Assembly: GCA_965235115.1 (NCBI GenBank)
Contig: OZ249437.1
Span: 34,038,001 to 34,102,000, forward strand
Length of the DNA: 64,000 bases
From: Laetmonice hystrix
Taxonomy: Eukaryota
Direction of reading: 5' to 3'
The notes under the pieces are model-generated. The model was not told where the DNA came from, did not search any database, and saw only the letters and a list, made by a program, of their open reading frames with translations. Both the position numbers and the translations under genes were made by a program. Positions within the stretch are counted from its first letter, which is position 1, and each line of letters opens with the position of its first letter. Below are positions 53,201 to 63,503 of the stretch, piece after piece.

Positions 53201-56200
53201 AATCAGAAGCGTTAAGCTTAAAAGAACTGGGCCCAGGTCATGCAGTTTGTTCACTCGTTTTTCTTTATGGACCTTGGATTTGTCACATTGAATTTTAGTG
53301 AACTTTAGGAGGCTTATATAACAGATATAAGGCCTACTCGGGGAAGGGGGGGGGGGGGTAGGCTTACCGTAGGGAAATTTGCACCTAGTTACAGACTAGA
53401 CTACTGGTACCATTACACTCTACGGACAAAAATACCCGTCTGTGAGGACCCAATGTCCTAACTATCGGCAGACGAATAAAAGACATCTTCTGGATACTTA
53501 ATAGGCCTATGTCTTGTACTTATTATATTATTTCTTCTACCTCCATATAATCCTGACTCAGTGGCTCCCGAGGAGACGACTGGCAGAAACTACATGTGGG
53601 TTATCTTATAGAGCTGAAGAAATGGCCTTTCGACCGTAGAACTGTAACAAGGCACCCCGTGGTTGATCGCCAAGGCCGCCTACGTGGAATGTGTCTAGGT
53701 TATTGTGTCTACTAGGGGGGTCAACGAACAGCCACTTGTCATCCGGGTCATGGCAGGCGACGTCACTGACAGAGGCACACGTCGTAACCACTTGTTGCCC
53801 CTACTGGCCCCCAGGGGCATCTGGGGCTGATCGCCGGCGGCCGAATGATGGGGCCCTTCGAACTTGGTTCTTTCCTGAGCCCGTAGATCTTCATCTCTTG
53901 GCCTCGCCTGCCTGGTCTGTGCCATGGAGTCTGCAGTGGCACAAACTGGGTCGGTTTGTGATAGACTCTAGGCCCCATAGGTCGTCGCTGAGGAAAGGGG
54001 TGGGGGTGGTGGGGGCGTAGGCCCTAATTGCGATCAAGTAGATCTATGTCACTAATATTAGTATACACTTACAAAGGACACGATTAAACAGATTGAAGAT
54101 CATCCATTAAATTGAGCGGACCATGCGCATAGATGTTCCTCGCCCTGTTGCCAGGTCGTCTGTTCCAGCACCATTCACTGTAGAACTGAATATAACCTTT
54201 GGTTAACATAATGAATACTAGCTCCACCTAGCGATTACTAGCTAGTTGGAAACGTTCAGTCGCTTCTTGAAAACAACTCCCTTGGGGATCAGGGGTAAGA
54301 ACAATCCTCAGTCCAACCCATGGCTGTTCGTAAAAGGCGACAAATAGGGCGAGGGCTAGTGTGGTGAAGTGGTCGAGTGTCGGATGCAAAATCATCTGCA
54401 TGCACAAATAGATTCCCATCCTTCCAATACCATTTTCTCACTGGCCCTCCCCAGTGCTCCGCAACTGGGTCAATAAAGGCTTAAGTATGTCCAGCCGTAT
54501 CTGTGCGACTGGTCCAAGAACTCTTTTCGAAAAGAGTAGGGGGTTGCGTCCCGGTGGCAGGTTTCTTTCTGACTTCATCCTCATCATCACCTACCCCCTG
54601 GGACTCTGGGGTAAAATAGGTCCCCTGACTGAATTAAATGGTTCCTGTTGCCCTGAATATGACTGAAATACCTTCAATTCAATCACTCATTCTTGAAAAC
54701 AGCACAGTCCCTCGCCCTCGTGTAACTTCCGGAGCGGAAGTGACACGATGATGTCATAAACACCAAACAGTTGGGCCTACATCGAACCAAAGAAGTAAGC
54801 ACGACGATAGCAACTGATGTCCAGGATTTTGAGGAGTTGCTCGATTTTAAACCTTCCGCCTAGCGGTTCTACATATAGGTCCAGACAATTTACAATCCTG
54901 TTTTTTTCTAGGGTATTCTTCCTTTGGTAACGTTACCTCCGTAAAATAACCCCTGCCCGTTTTGCTGGAATTATCACGGAAGGTCCAAGAATGCGAGGGA
55001 CCAAGCACAGATCTGCACTGCTGAATTCTCCAGATGTTGGAACTTTTAAAATACTGGAACACCGGGTCCTGAGGGCTCAGAGAGGCAAGAGAGCCCTGGG
55101 GTCGCCTTCTATGGCATGTCTGGAACACAGAGGACATAAGTCGATTCCCAGGCGAACGAGGGGTGAATGTGTCAATGACAGCCCGGAGCAGGTGCCTCTT
55201 CCTTGTGCTTCAAAGAAACGCTACTTCGGACTCCGTCAATACACATACATGTAGGGACTATCCCAACCCGATATGCTGCCGAGGAGTGGCATAGACAGCA
55301 GTTCGTCATCATTCATAGTACGAGCAAGGGGGCGTCAGAACGAGCAAATGTAGAGGTTATAATTGAAGCCTGTATGGATCATTCCACAAAATTATCATTC
55401 ATTTTCTCCTGCCGTAGTAAACAACGATGGAATAGGCCAGTGGTTATTATAGCCACATCAACCTGAATTGAATGATGGGGAAACTTCTTGTCAGGGGGGT
55501 TTGAAGGGTCATAGCGGTCCTCCTTGCATACCCTGTCTTATTTCACCACAAATAATTTAAAGCTTTAATTTTGCGTGATACCTTCTACGTGTGATATATC
55601 CAAAAGTTCTATAGAAGGGGTTCATGTATTATTAAGATAATGCATGGAAGTTGCGTTCAGATTTGGTAAATGTAGGAATGTAGGAATGTAGGAAGGATGA
55701 CAATGCGTTTTCGGTTGCCCAATATATTAACCTTGCGAAATTTCCTAGTGACAAAAGATGCCTAAGTTGATTTGTTCAACTGTCCGGACCACATGCTGAC
55801 ATTCCTTTCCGAAATACTGTAAAGGTTCAGAGTAGAAATCGTGCAGTCTTTAGATTCCCAGAACATCTGGAAACAATTATCCCACGGTAGGCGAGTTATG
55901 TTGCATGTTAAATCGCCATCTTCCATCCAATTTCGGAAATGACATGCTGCAGTGCTTCCCAGGAATAATCTCTGTTATATGTCAGGTCACTGTTAAAACC
56001 TGAAAAAAAACCCATGACGGACAACCACGATTTGTTTACTTAAGAGTCACCCTGGCCTTCCTCCCTTTATCATTTATCAAAATGAGGCTGGTGTCTTGTG
56101 GCCTATATAGAGTAAGGGCGAACACCACGCAGGAGGTCCTTCCCGATGCCCCCAGACATGTTCTTCGTGTCAGTCTCATCAATTATAGGACAAGGAATAT

Positions 56201-59200
56201 AAACATTCTTTGGTATGCCGACCTTCTCAACAAATCAGGGCCTCTATACAACCACCAGGACCCGCTCTGAGGTCTTTACGTTAAAATACCAATGTATATT
56301 TTGAATGGAAATCTTAACGCAAAATCCTCCCAGGCAACCCAGCTAACACACAGTGCCGCAAGATAAACATTTTGTACGGCTAACATTTCCGAAACGTTTA
56401 CCAATCCTTTTTTTATTTGCCGCGGTCGATCTGAATCCACGCGGCTTCTTTCATGATTCCTGTCCATCTGCAGCTACCCGGCCATCCTCTTTTTTGCCTG
56501 TCCTGACCTGACATCAAGATCATTTTATTTTGCAGGAAGAAAAACTGTACGAAGCTCTATATGCTATTTGAGGCGGCCTTTTCCAATCGGTTTCCGTGCG
56601 ATGTACCAGTGAATCGTTTCGACGATTTTGTTATAGCAGCGTCTCATCCCGTAGAGGCCAATAAGGTGCGGAATTCAGTCTTCTCTTCTTACCTATTATA
56701 TTTTAATTTATATTATAATTTGCATTTAGTTGCGAAGGTCTAATACTATTCGCATCATAAAGGTAGCTATTTCCTGTTTGAATCAAAGGGAGGGGGTATA
56801 TACCCCACAATTGTTAAATATTATGATTTAACTTGATATTTTTTATCGCACTACACGGGTAGCTGAGTTTAAAAGAATGATCCTTTTTTTCTTTCCAGTC
56901 TTTATTTTGGGAAGGAGTGTACGAGCTTGTTCACATGTACAGTTACCATGGTAAAAGGTTTACGACAATTTCTGACACTCTTTCAGGTGAGTTGAGTTAA
57001 GTTATATAAATAAATATGCATACTATGTGTGCTTCTTCGTATTTTGATCCTTCTATAAGCTTTGAAAACATGAGTGACCCTAAAATTCTGGTTGAGAAAT
57101 TCGGATATGACACTGCCACGCCCGAACCAATCTAAACGACGCGTTCGTGATAATATTATAGCCATAGCACACAATAAACAAAAGCATATTATTGTTCAAA
57201 CGATACTCATTTGGTTGCTAGTTTTATGTTTTACTCTATTATTAAGAGCCAGATATTTAGTTTTATTTCTTTGTTAAAGCAGAATTATGGGAATCACGTC
57301 ATTACAGTCATCACGAATGCATTATACAAAGCGATCATTAATCGGCACATTCGATTCATATATTTGAGAAACAAGCCAGCCCATTTAAATTTCAAGGTCA
57401 TAGAGTGGCCAAGTCGCTTTCTGTTCTGTGAAATCAACTGCGGCTCGGGCCTCGTGTTCAGCAGTTCTTGCCTTGCTTTTAACGAAAACTGCTGACACAG
57501 AGATCAGAGATGGTAAGACTTAATACTAACTCTGCTGACACATAGATCAGAGATGGTAAGACTTAATACTAACTCTGCTGACACATAGATCAGAGATGGT
57601 AAGACTTAATACTAACTCTACTGACACATAGATCAGAGATGGTAAGACTTAATACTAACTCTGCTGACACATAGATCAGAGATGGTAAGACTTAATACTA
57701 ACTCTACTGACACATAGATCAGAGATGGTAAGACTTAATACTAACTCTGCTGACACATAGATCAGAGATGGTAAGACTTAATACTAACTCTGCTGACACA
57801 TAGATCAGAGATGGTAAGACTTAATACTAACTCTACTGACGCATAGATCAGAGATGGTAAGACTTAATACTAACTGCTGACACATAGATCAGAGATGGTA
57901 AGACTTAATACTAACTCTGCTGACACATAGATCAGAGATGGTAAGACTTAATACTAACTCTACTGACGCATAGATTAGAGATGGTAAGACTTAATATTAA
58001 CTCTGCTGACACATAAATCAGAGATGGTAACTCTACTGACGCATAGAACAGAGATAGTAAGACTTAATACTAACTCTGCTGACACATGGATCAGAGATGG
58101 TAAGACTTAATACTAACTCTACTGTCGCATAGATCAGAGATGGTAAAACTTAATACTAACTCTGCTGACACATAGATCAGAGATGGTAAGACTTAATACT
58201 AACTCTACTGACGCATAGATCAGAGATGGTAAGACTTAATACTAACTCTACTGACGCATAGATCAGAGATGGTAAGACTTAATACTAACTGCTGACACAT
58301 AGATCAGAGATGGTAAGACTTAATACTAACTCTGCTGACACATAGATCAGAGATGGTAAGACTTAATACTAACTCTGCTGACACATAGATCAGAGATGGT
58401 AAGACTTAATACTAACTCTACTGACGCATAGATCAGAGATGGTAAGACTTAATACTAACTCTACTGACGCATAGATCAGAGATGGTAAGACTTAATACTA
58501 ACTCTACTGACGCATAGATCAGAGATGGTAAGACTTAATACTAACTCTGCTGATACATAGATCAGAGATGGTAAGACTTAATACTAACTCTGCTGACACA
58601 TAGATCAGAGATGGTAAGACTTAATACTAACTCTACTGACGCATAGATCAGAGATGGTAAGACTTAATACTAACTCTACTGACGCATAGATCAGAGATGG
58701 TAAAACTTAATACTAACTCTGCTGACACATAGATCAGAGATGGTAAGACTTAATACTAACTCTACTGACGCATAGATCAGAGATGGTAAGACTTAATACT
58801 AACTCTACTGACGCATAGATCAGAGATGGTAAGACTTAATACTAACTGCTGACACATAGATCAGAGATGGTAAGACTTAATACTAACTCTGCTGACACAT
58901 AGATCAGAGATGGTAAGACTTAATACTAACTCTACTGATGCATAGATCAGAGATGGTAAGACTTAATACTAACTCTACTGACACATAGATCAGAGATGGT
59001 AAGACTTAATACTAACTCTACTGACGCATAGATCAGAGATGGTAAGACTTAATACTAACTCTGCTGATACATAGATCAGAGATGGTAAGACTTAATACTA
59101 ACTCTGCTGACACATAGATCAGAGATGGTAAGACTTAATACTAACTCTGCTGACACATAGATCAGAGATGGTAAGACTTAATACTAACTCGACTCGCATC

Positions 59201-62157
59201 ATTCTAATCTGGTCGACCCATTACCCTGTAGGCCTACTCACAGTGGTAGCCAAGCACATTCCTGATAATCCTTCATTTCCAGCTCTGCTCCAGGGTAGGG
59301 ATTTAACCTTGGAGATTATCGGATACTAATGAACGCCAAGTTGGTTCGACTTTAATTAAGAGAATCAATAGAAACGTGCGTGGCTGAGATAATAATAGTT
59401 CAAAAAACCCACCCGTCCATTATTCCTCAACGATTGCATCTTGCTGTGTTTTCGCAGGATATTTGGCCAACAAATTACAGTGGTGTGGCAAGGCCTCGGG
59501 TGGAATCGACGAGGAGGTATGCCCAGACTACGGCTCGTGTAAGGAAGAAGTTTCCAGATCTTTCTGGAGGTCAGCATCCAGACAGGTAAGGAACACTGAT
59601 ATGATGGCAATCCCATTTCTATAGTTGTGTTGGTGTCGTCTGTAGATGCTCGGAAATGAATGTGGTGTCAAGTTCTCTTGAAAGACGATCTGATCGACTC
59701 ATTGGATTTTGCTGACCTGTTTATGCAGGGCAATAGGCCATACTCCTCCGTTTGGCTAATGATGGAAAAAACTCAATAAAAGGTATTAAGCCACGGCCGT
59801 CGTTCATGAAAAGTCATGCCCCCTTCCATATTCCGGCCCGATGCCCCCTAGTGATATAAATATGCCAATGATCAATTTTGACCAATATTGTAGCCAGCAG
59901 GCCTATAAGTTTAGCCTTGGAGACAGTCTGGCCGGTTCTAGACAATATCTGCTGCCCCTGCAGTATTGTCACCTCGACAATGCTTGCTTCCAAACTAGTC
60001 GTGCGGCCTGTGTCATGTAAAAGTCGTCACTTTTGGTGTCATACAATTCTATTAGCCTTCCTCGTCTTCTGACTTGTAATTGACGAGCTGTGTCGCCGTT
60101 CAGTGAATAATGTGCTTGCTCCTAACCCTCGTAAGCCGTCCACTCTAGATAACGACTATATCGACCGTGTTAAATAAATGGACTTGGATTTGTGCTGAGA
60201 GATAAGTGGTAACTAATTATGGGGGCAGGCCATCACAAAACGAGGGGGGATCAATTTCCTCCGTTCTGAGACAAGCCTTAATGGAGGAACTATCTCAGTA
60301 TGATCCGTTTATCAGTTTCGACCTCCTATAAGTGTAATAATAGTCCTATTGATGCAAACATTGCTTTAGATATGATGATCATGATGATTCCGAAATATGG
60401 GTCACAATACCTCAAAATGGTTGCTATGTGTAGAGTCTAGATCTTATGTATTAGTTTTTAGATGAATAGTGTAATGACTAGGCGTTCGCCATACAAATAA
60501 TATCATTAGTATGGAAATAGAAGTGTATACGTCATGATAATAATTCCAACATTTCAGTTCAGGACTGTTCTTTTTAAACCAACAGTACGCCAAGATGGCT
60601 CAGGGAACAGTATACGTGATGTTCAACGGAACAAGGAAGCATGCTTATAACCCAACCAGGTACGTGCCCTCCTACTTTGTAATCGGGTACCACTAGAGCA
60701 GACGTTTGTGACGTAATCAAACTAGACGTAGCCAGGTTAATTCACATCGGTATTGAAATTAGGTACAGCCCCCCAATATAGGGCCGAGGAGTCAGTATAG
60801 CCACAATCAGGTACGCTTCCTAATAACATTATGGCAATCAGTCGCGCAGGATGACAGGATAAGACGCTAACGTCGACATTCCTTCTGCCCTGTTAGATTA
60901 GAAAATTACATTATGCACGGAACACCAAAGGATATCTGATGGTCCTTGTGTTATTCTTATACCAAGAATCTGATTAACCATTATACACAGTGCAAGTATG
61001 AGAACATATATCCTGTAGTCTGCCTGAAAAATACGTCTTGCTTTCAGCGTGTTTTCCCAATACGAGCTGGTCAACATCAATAGTAGCAGAGTCTCCCTAT
61101 TTAACGCCATGCTTATTCATGACATTGGCATGCAAGCAAGGTGAGTCACAATCCAGGTTACAATAAAACATTGGAGGCATTGTACACTCCCCCCTCCTCC
61201 TTGCAAAAAAATATACGGAGGGGGTACATGACACTGCCGTGATATTACTCATTACTCCCATCATGTGGTTCTAACATGACGTTTTGGCTATAAAACTGAT
61301 ACAGGAAAGGCATTCGCTTAAAAAAATTATTATTAAAAGCAATTTGTGAATTCTGAATGTGAATTGTATAATGATGTGTGTGTTACATTGGCTTTTTGTC
61401 ACTGATGAGTTTATCGGTTTATCGGCGGGTTTGTAATTACTATTGTGGTATATGTTGGGGGGGGGGGGGCAGGTCAGTATAATTGAGACTTAAATAAAGT
61501 TAATTTAACTTCATCCTCGCGTTGTCCTCATATCATACGCCCCTGATTGTCGTGCGCACAGTTGGGTAGAAGATTTGTTTCAGGGGGAGGGGGCTAAGAG
61601 TAAGGATAACCATGGGCCAGAGCCCCTGGCCTCGCGCCCCAATACTCCCGTATTTTCCCTTCTGTATTTGTTGATGTGTTCATGTAACCACGCCACCTGG
61701 TGGGTTTCAGCGAACACTGCGGGATGGGCTCACTACTGAGATTACAGCACAAAGTCGAGGACCTCGGCATTGAGTTTCGATGTACAGACGACCCTGCGTA
61801 AGTAGGCAGCTATAGGGTGTTGGGGGCCGGGAGGTGAAAATATAGACAAGGTCAAAGGTTAACCGATCACTGATAATATAAGTAATATATGACTTTAACA
61901 AACACATCAAACACCTGGGACTTTAGTGTTGTTCCTCGAAGAAATATATTCCCGAAATCTTTGTGCATATCCTTGACTTATTTAACGCTTTGAAATTGAA
62001 ATGTCCTTTTCTTTGTAGTTCTGTACGGCATCTCTTATGTGTGGATAATGAGGACGCCTTGGAATGTCAAGGAATAAGCAACGCACTCCGGTCAACATCC
62101 TCAATCATTTTAAATATTCTCGCCATATCAGTGTATCTACTCATGCTTGGGTCCTAG
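23049..62157 (+). CDS. ADP-ribosyl cyclase / cyclic ADP-ribose hydrolase (CD38/BST1 family), join(23049-23236,56536-56665,56899-56986,59458-59585,60586-60659,61048-61140,61711-61797,62019-62157), 927 nt = 308 aa + stop
   Basis: Spliced frame: signal peptide, GTTPHFKEIFLGRCWEY, KNCTKLY..F..AF...PC, SLFWEG, TISDTLSGYLANKLQWCG, CP...C...SFWRSASRQYA, VMFNG, VFSQYELVNI, HCG..SL, FRCTDDP, VRHLLCVD...EC, hydrophobic C-terminus. All 10 family cysteines present and all phases consistent. No exact symbol given because CD38 and BST1 are a vertebrate duplicate pair. Confidence 0.94.
24019..25998. mobile_element. Non-autonomous TIR DNA transposon, about 2 kb
   Basis: 33-bp TIR (24019-24051 / 25966-25998, 3 mismatches); internal cccatgtacggtgac-like motif about 5 times in both orientations; TA or ATAT flanks. 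Confidence 0.8.
26120..27205. mobile_element. GC-rich non-autonomous TIR element, about 1.1 kb (superfamily uncertain, PIF/Harbinger-like style)
   Basis: 23-bp TIR tggcgtccactagggcccggaca / tgtccgcgccctcgtggacgcca (2 mismatches); interior full of TCCGC/GCGGA motifs. Confidence 0.75.
27257..31178. mobile_element. Probable 3.9-kb TIR element hosting a nested mariner derivative
   Basis: atatggg...caaaaagtgcactattgg (27257-27283) inverted to ccaatagtgcactttttg...acccatat (31145-31178); GACGTGAGTAAT-like motif about 7 times inside. Confidence 0.6.
30068..30929 (-). mobile_element. Tc1/mariner deletion derivative, 858 bp plus TA TSDs
   Basis: Perfect 40-bp inverted repeat including TA (30068-30107 / 30890-30929). 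The minus strand at about 30310-30420 reads EIRKCIGACKKRLRAV*SEHGGPIDHLL, a typical Tc1/mariner transposase C-terminus. Confidence 0.88.
31575..33185. repeat. 50/51-bp minisatellite, about 29 good copies plus degenerate flanking units
   Basis: Unit A cttggatgtaggtcagtgtttcccggtctgttggtttaccgagggcttat (50 bp); unit B cttggatgtaggtcagtcttttcccggtccgctggttttacgagggcgtat (51 bp). Confidence 0.97.
40807..41149. mobile_element. Kolobok-like MITE with TTAA TSD
   Basis: TTAA|AGGGGCACA ... TGTGTCCCT|TTAA, 335-bp interior; the TIR is short. Confidence 0.5.
41892..41930 (+). repeat. (GGGGT)n G-rich tract, potential G-quadruplex
   Basis: Six or more G4+ runs separated by single T. Confidence 0.7.
45962..46405. 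mobile_element. MITE, about 440 bp, TTAA- or TA-flanked
   Basis: ttaagctaggctcacactatacaaca / tgttgtatagtgtgatcctagcttaa (1 mismatch); internal direct copy of ctcacactatacaac at about 46317. Confidence 0.85.
49493..49572. repeat. CT-rich low-complexity / imperfect (CT)n tract
   Basis: Nearly pure pyrimidine run. Confidence 0.8.
51006..52170. pseudogene. Rearranged N-terminal fragment of a Tc1/mariner-type (DUF4817-like HTH) transposase
   Basis: Plus strand 51006-51081: MVQL/FEQGIFVVKAFNETRSLQATQD. Minus strand 52125 down: EPPSQKTIWVNVK/KYEAHGSSLNHNRGHSGRPRTARSQE. Both fit consecutive parts of the same HTH family pattern as recalled. Confidence 0.7.
51082..52072. repeat. 60-bp (and 53-bp variant) minisatellite, about 17-18 units, derived from transposase coding sequence
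   Basis: Unit gtggttgaggctggtttcctgggatcttgctgtcctcggccttcccgagtgtcctctgtt; the minus strand reads NRGHSGRPRTARSQETSLNH. Confidence 0.96.
52973..53167. mobile_element. Tourist/PIF-Harbinger-like MITE, 189 bp, TAA TSD
   Basis: TAA|AGCCAGGAATCCATGTGTACGTAGTG ... CACTACGGACACATGGATACCTGACT|TAA. Confidence 0.85.
54347..54692 (+). mobile_element. Decayed tRNA-derived SINE with Deu/Nin-like core
   Basis: A-box-like gtggtgaagtggtcgag, degenerate B-box, core actcttttcgaaaagagtagggg..cccggtg resembling the DeuSINE core as recalled, (tcaa/tcac)-type tail. Confidence 0.5.
56536..56665 (+). CDS. ADP-ribosyl cyclase exon 2 (KKNCTKLYMLFEAAF...PCDV...ANK)
   Basis: ttttgcag acceptor, AAG|gtgcgg donor, 130 nt. 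Confidence 0.93.
56899..56986 (+). CDS. ADP-ribosyl cyclase exon 3 (SLFWEG...TISDTLS)
   Basis: Strong polypyrimidine acceptor, G|gtgagt donor, signature motif region. Confidence 0.93.
57488..59190. repeat. 43-bp minisatellite in cyclase intron 3, about 40 copies
   Basis: Unit ctctgctgacacatagatcagagatggtaagacttaatactaa with ctg/cta and cac/cgc variants and a few 41-bp units. Confidence 0.98.
59458..59585 (+). CDS. ADP-ribosyl cyclase exon 4 (GYLANKLQWCG...CPDYGSC...SFWRSASRQ)
   Basis: ttcgcag acceptor, CAG|gtaagg donor. Confidence 0.94.
60586..60659 (+). CDS. ADP-ribosyl cyclase exon 5 (YAKMAQGTVYVMFNGT...)
   Basis: caacag acceptor, AG|gtacgt donor, 74 nt. Confidence 0.93.
61048..61140 (+). 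CDS. ADP-ribosyl cyclase exon 6 with catalytic glutamate (VFSQYELVNI)
   Basis: ctttcag acceptor, AG|gtgagt donor, 93 nt; E209 aligns with CD38 E226. Confidence 0.93.
61711..61797 (+). CDS. ADP-ribosyl cyclase exon 7 (EHCGMGSL...FRCTDDP)
   Basis: gtttcag acceptor, GC|gtaagt donor, 87 nt. Confidence 0.92.
62019..62157 (+). CDS. ADP-ribosyl cyclase exon 8, last disulfide + predicted GPI-anchor signal
   Basis: SVRHLLCVDNEDALEC, small-residue ISNA, hydrophobic IILNILAISVYLLML, TAG stop. Confidence 0.92.
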
Positions 62158-63397
62158 TTAAGAGTGCATGGTCTTCACTTACAAACATGTCGTGTTGCTG
62201 TTTTTAATCGTTCGACATACAAAGCTGCTCCAGCTGAAAACCTCTGTGCGGTTTGCCGCGCTGACGTCGATCCACGTCATGACTGAACCCTATACGGTGT
62301 GGGATATACGGATGGACGGAGGGGTCGGTATAGGTCGGACGTGTGGGCCCCAAGTCCTGGGTCAATCTGTGACCTTTCCGCTTGCTCGGACGTTAGGAAC
62401 GCCCGGCTACATTAGGAAGCCACAGCCCAAGCAGCTATACGAATGGCTATAGAATGTGTTGCACGTGGTATCACTTCTCAGTCAAGGGCAGTTCTCCAAC
62501 GTTTCTCTGGTCGTATAAAAGACCACTCCGTAAAGTTATAACTTTACGGAAATACCTGCGGGTTCTAAGGTAAACTGGAATTCTATCGATGTACTTACTA
62601 ATATACGGGACAGCGGAATCTGTATTGGTCAGATTTTCAATATGCCAGGTCATAAATCATAGAGTCAGGTGAAAAAAATATCCATGATTTATCATGACGC
62701 GAATAAGAAAATCATCACATTATTAAAAAATGATCAAGGCGCAGACACTTTGCTTGCCCCAAGGAAGCGGCGTCGGTGCTCACCAGGCGCTATACGTACA
62801 TTAGGCGCTCAAAGACAGAGGAGTGGTAATGGAAGCCTGGGCACGTTATCACCCAACTTCAGCCAAGGGAGCCAGGCAAAACCTGATAGCGTCACAGCCT
62901 CCCGTGAGACGACGCCAGAAACAAACACTGGGTGTATAATAGAACGGAGAACCTATTAATTACTTCCATTACTCTCCAAGCGATATGATATTTAGCAAGC
63001 GGCGCGGAAGCAGTCGCGGAGAAGATGAAAAAAAATGGACGCGACTGGTTTTCAAGTGAATGGGAAATAATATCGAACAGAAAAAAAAATCAAATCGATT
63101 ATTAATTCATGGAATTGAGAAGGTGTGGGAAACAGCTGTGTTCTGGTCGTGCCTACTGCCATACTCTGAGGTGCAGTGATCGACTTGTATCATGTTCAAA
63201 CACTATGTTAGTTTACAAGAATTTCTAGTTACAACCGACGGCGTTAAAATTCCCCAAACTTGTACATATTCCCCTGATTCGTTCGTTGGTATCAGTGTAA
63301 TGTCTGAAAAAAAGAGTACGGCGCATATCGAGTAGTAGAAGGGAAAAAATACGAGTATAGAAGAGTTTCCATTTTTTGTGCATTGATCAGTATTTGG

Positions 63398-63503
63398 CAC
63401 TGTCTTGTGTGGGACACAGTCTTGTGTGGGACACAGTCTTGTGTGGGACACTGTCTTGTGTGGGACACTGTCTTGTGTGGGACACTGTCTAGTGTGGGAC
63501 ACT
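63398..63503. repeat. 17-bp minisatellite (gtcttgtgtgggacacw) x6
   Basis: Direct reading. Confidence 0.95.

Noticed and set aside
56984-56992. Apparent recursive splice site tttCAG|GTGAGT
   Set aside because: It is simply the 3' end and donor of cyclase exon 3 (…CTT TCA G|gtgagt)
57488-59190. CRISPR-like appearance of this and the other tandem arrays
   Set aside because: Head-to-tail units with no unique spacers, eukaryotic context, no cas genes
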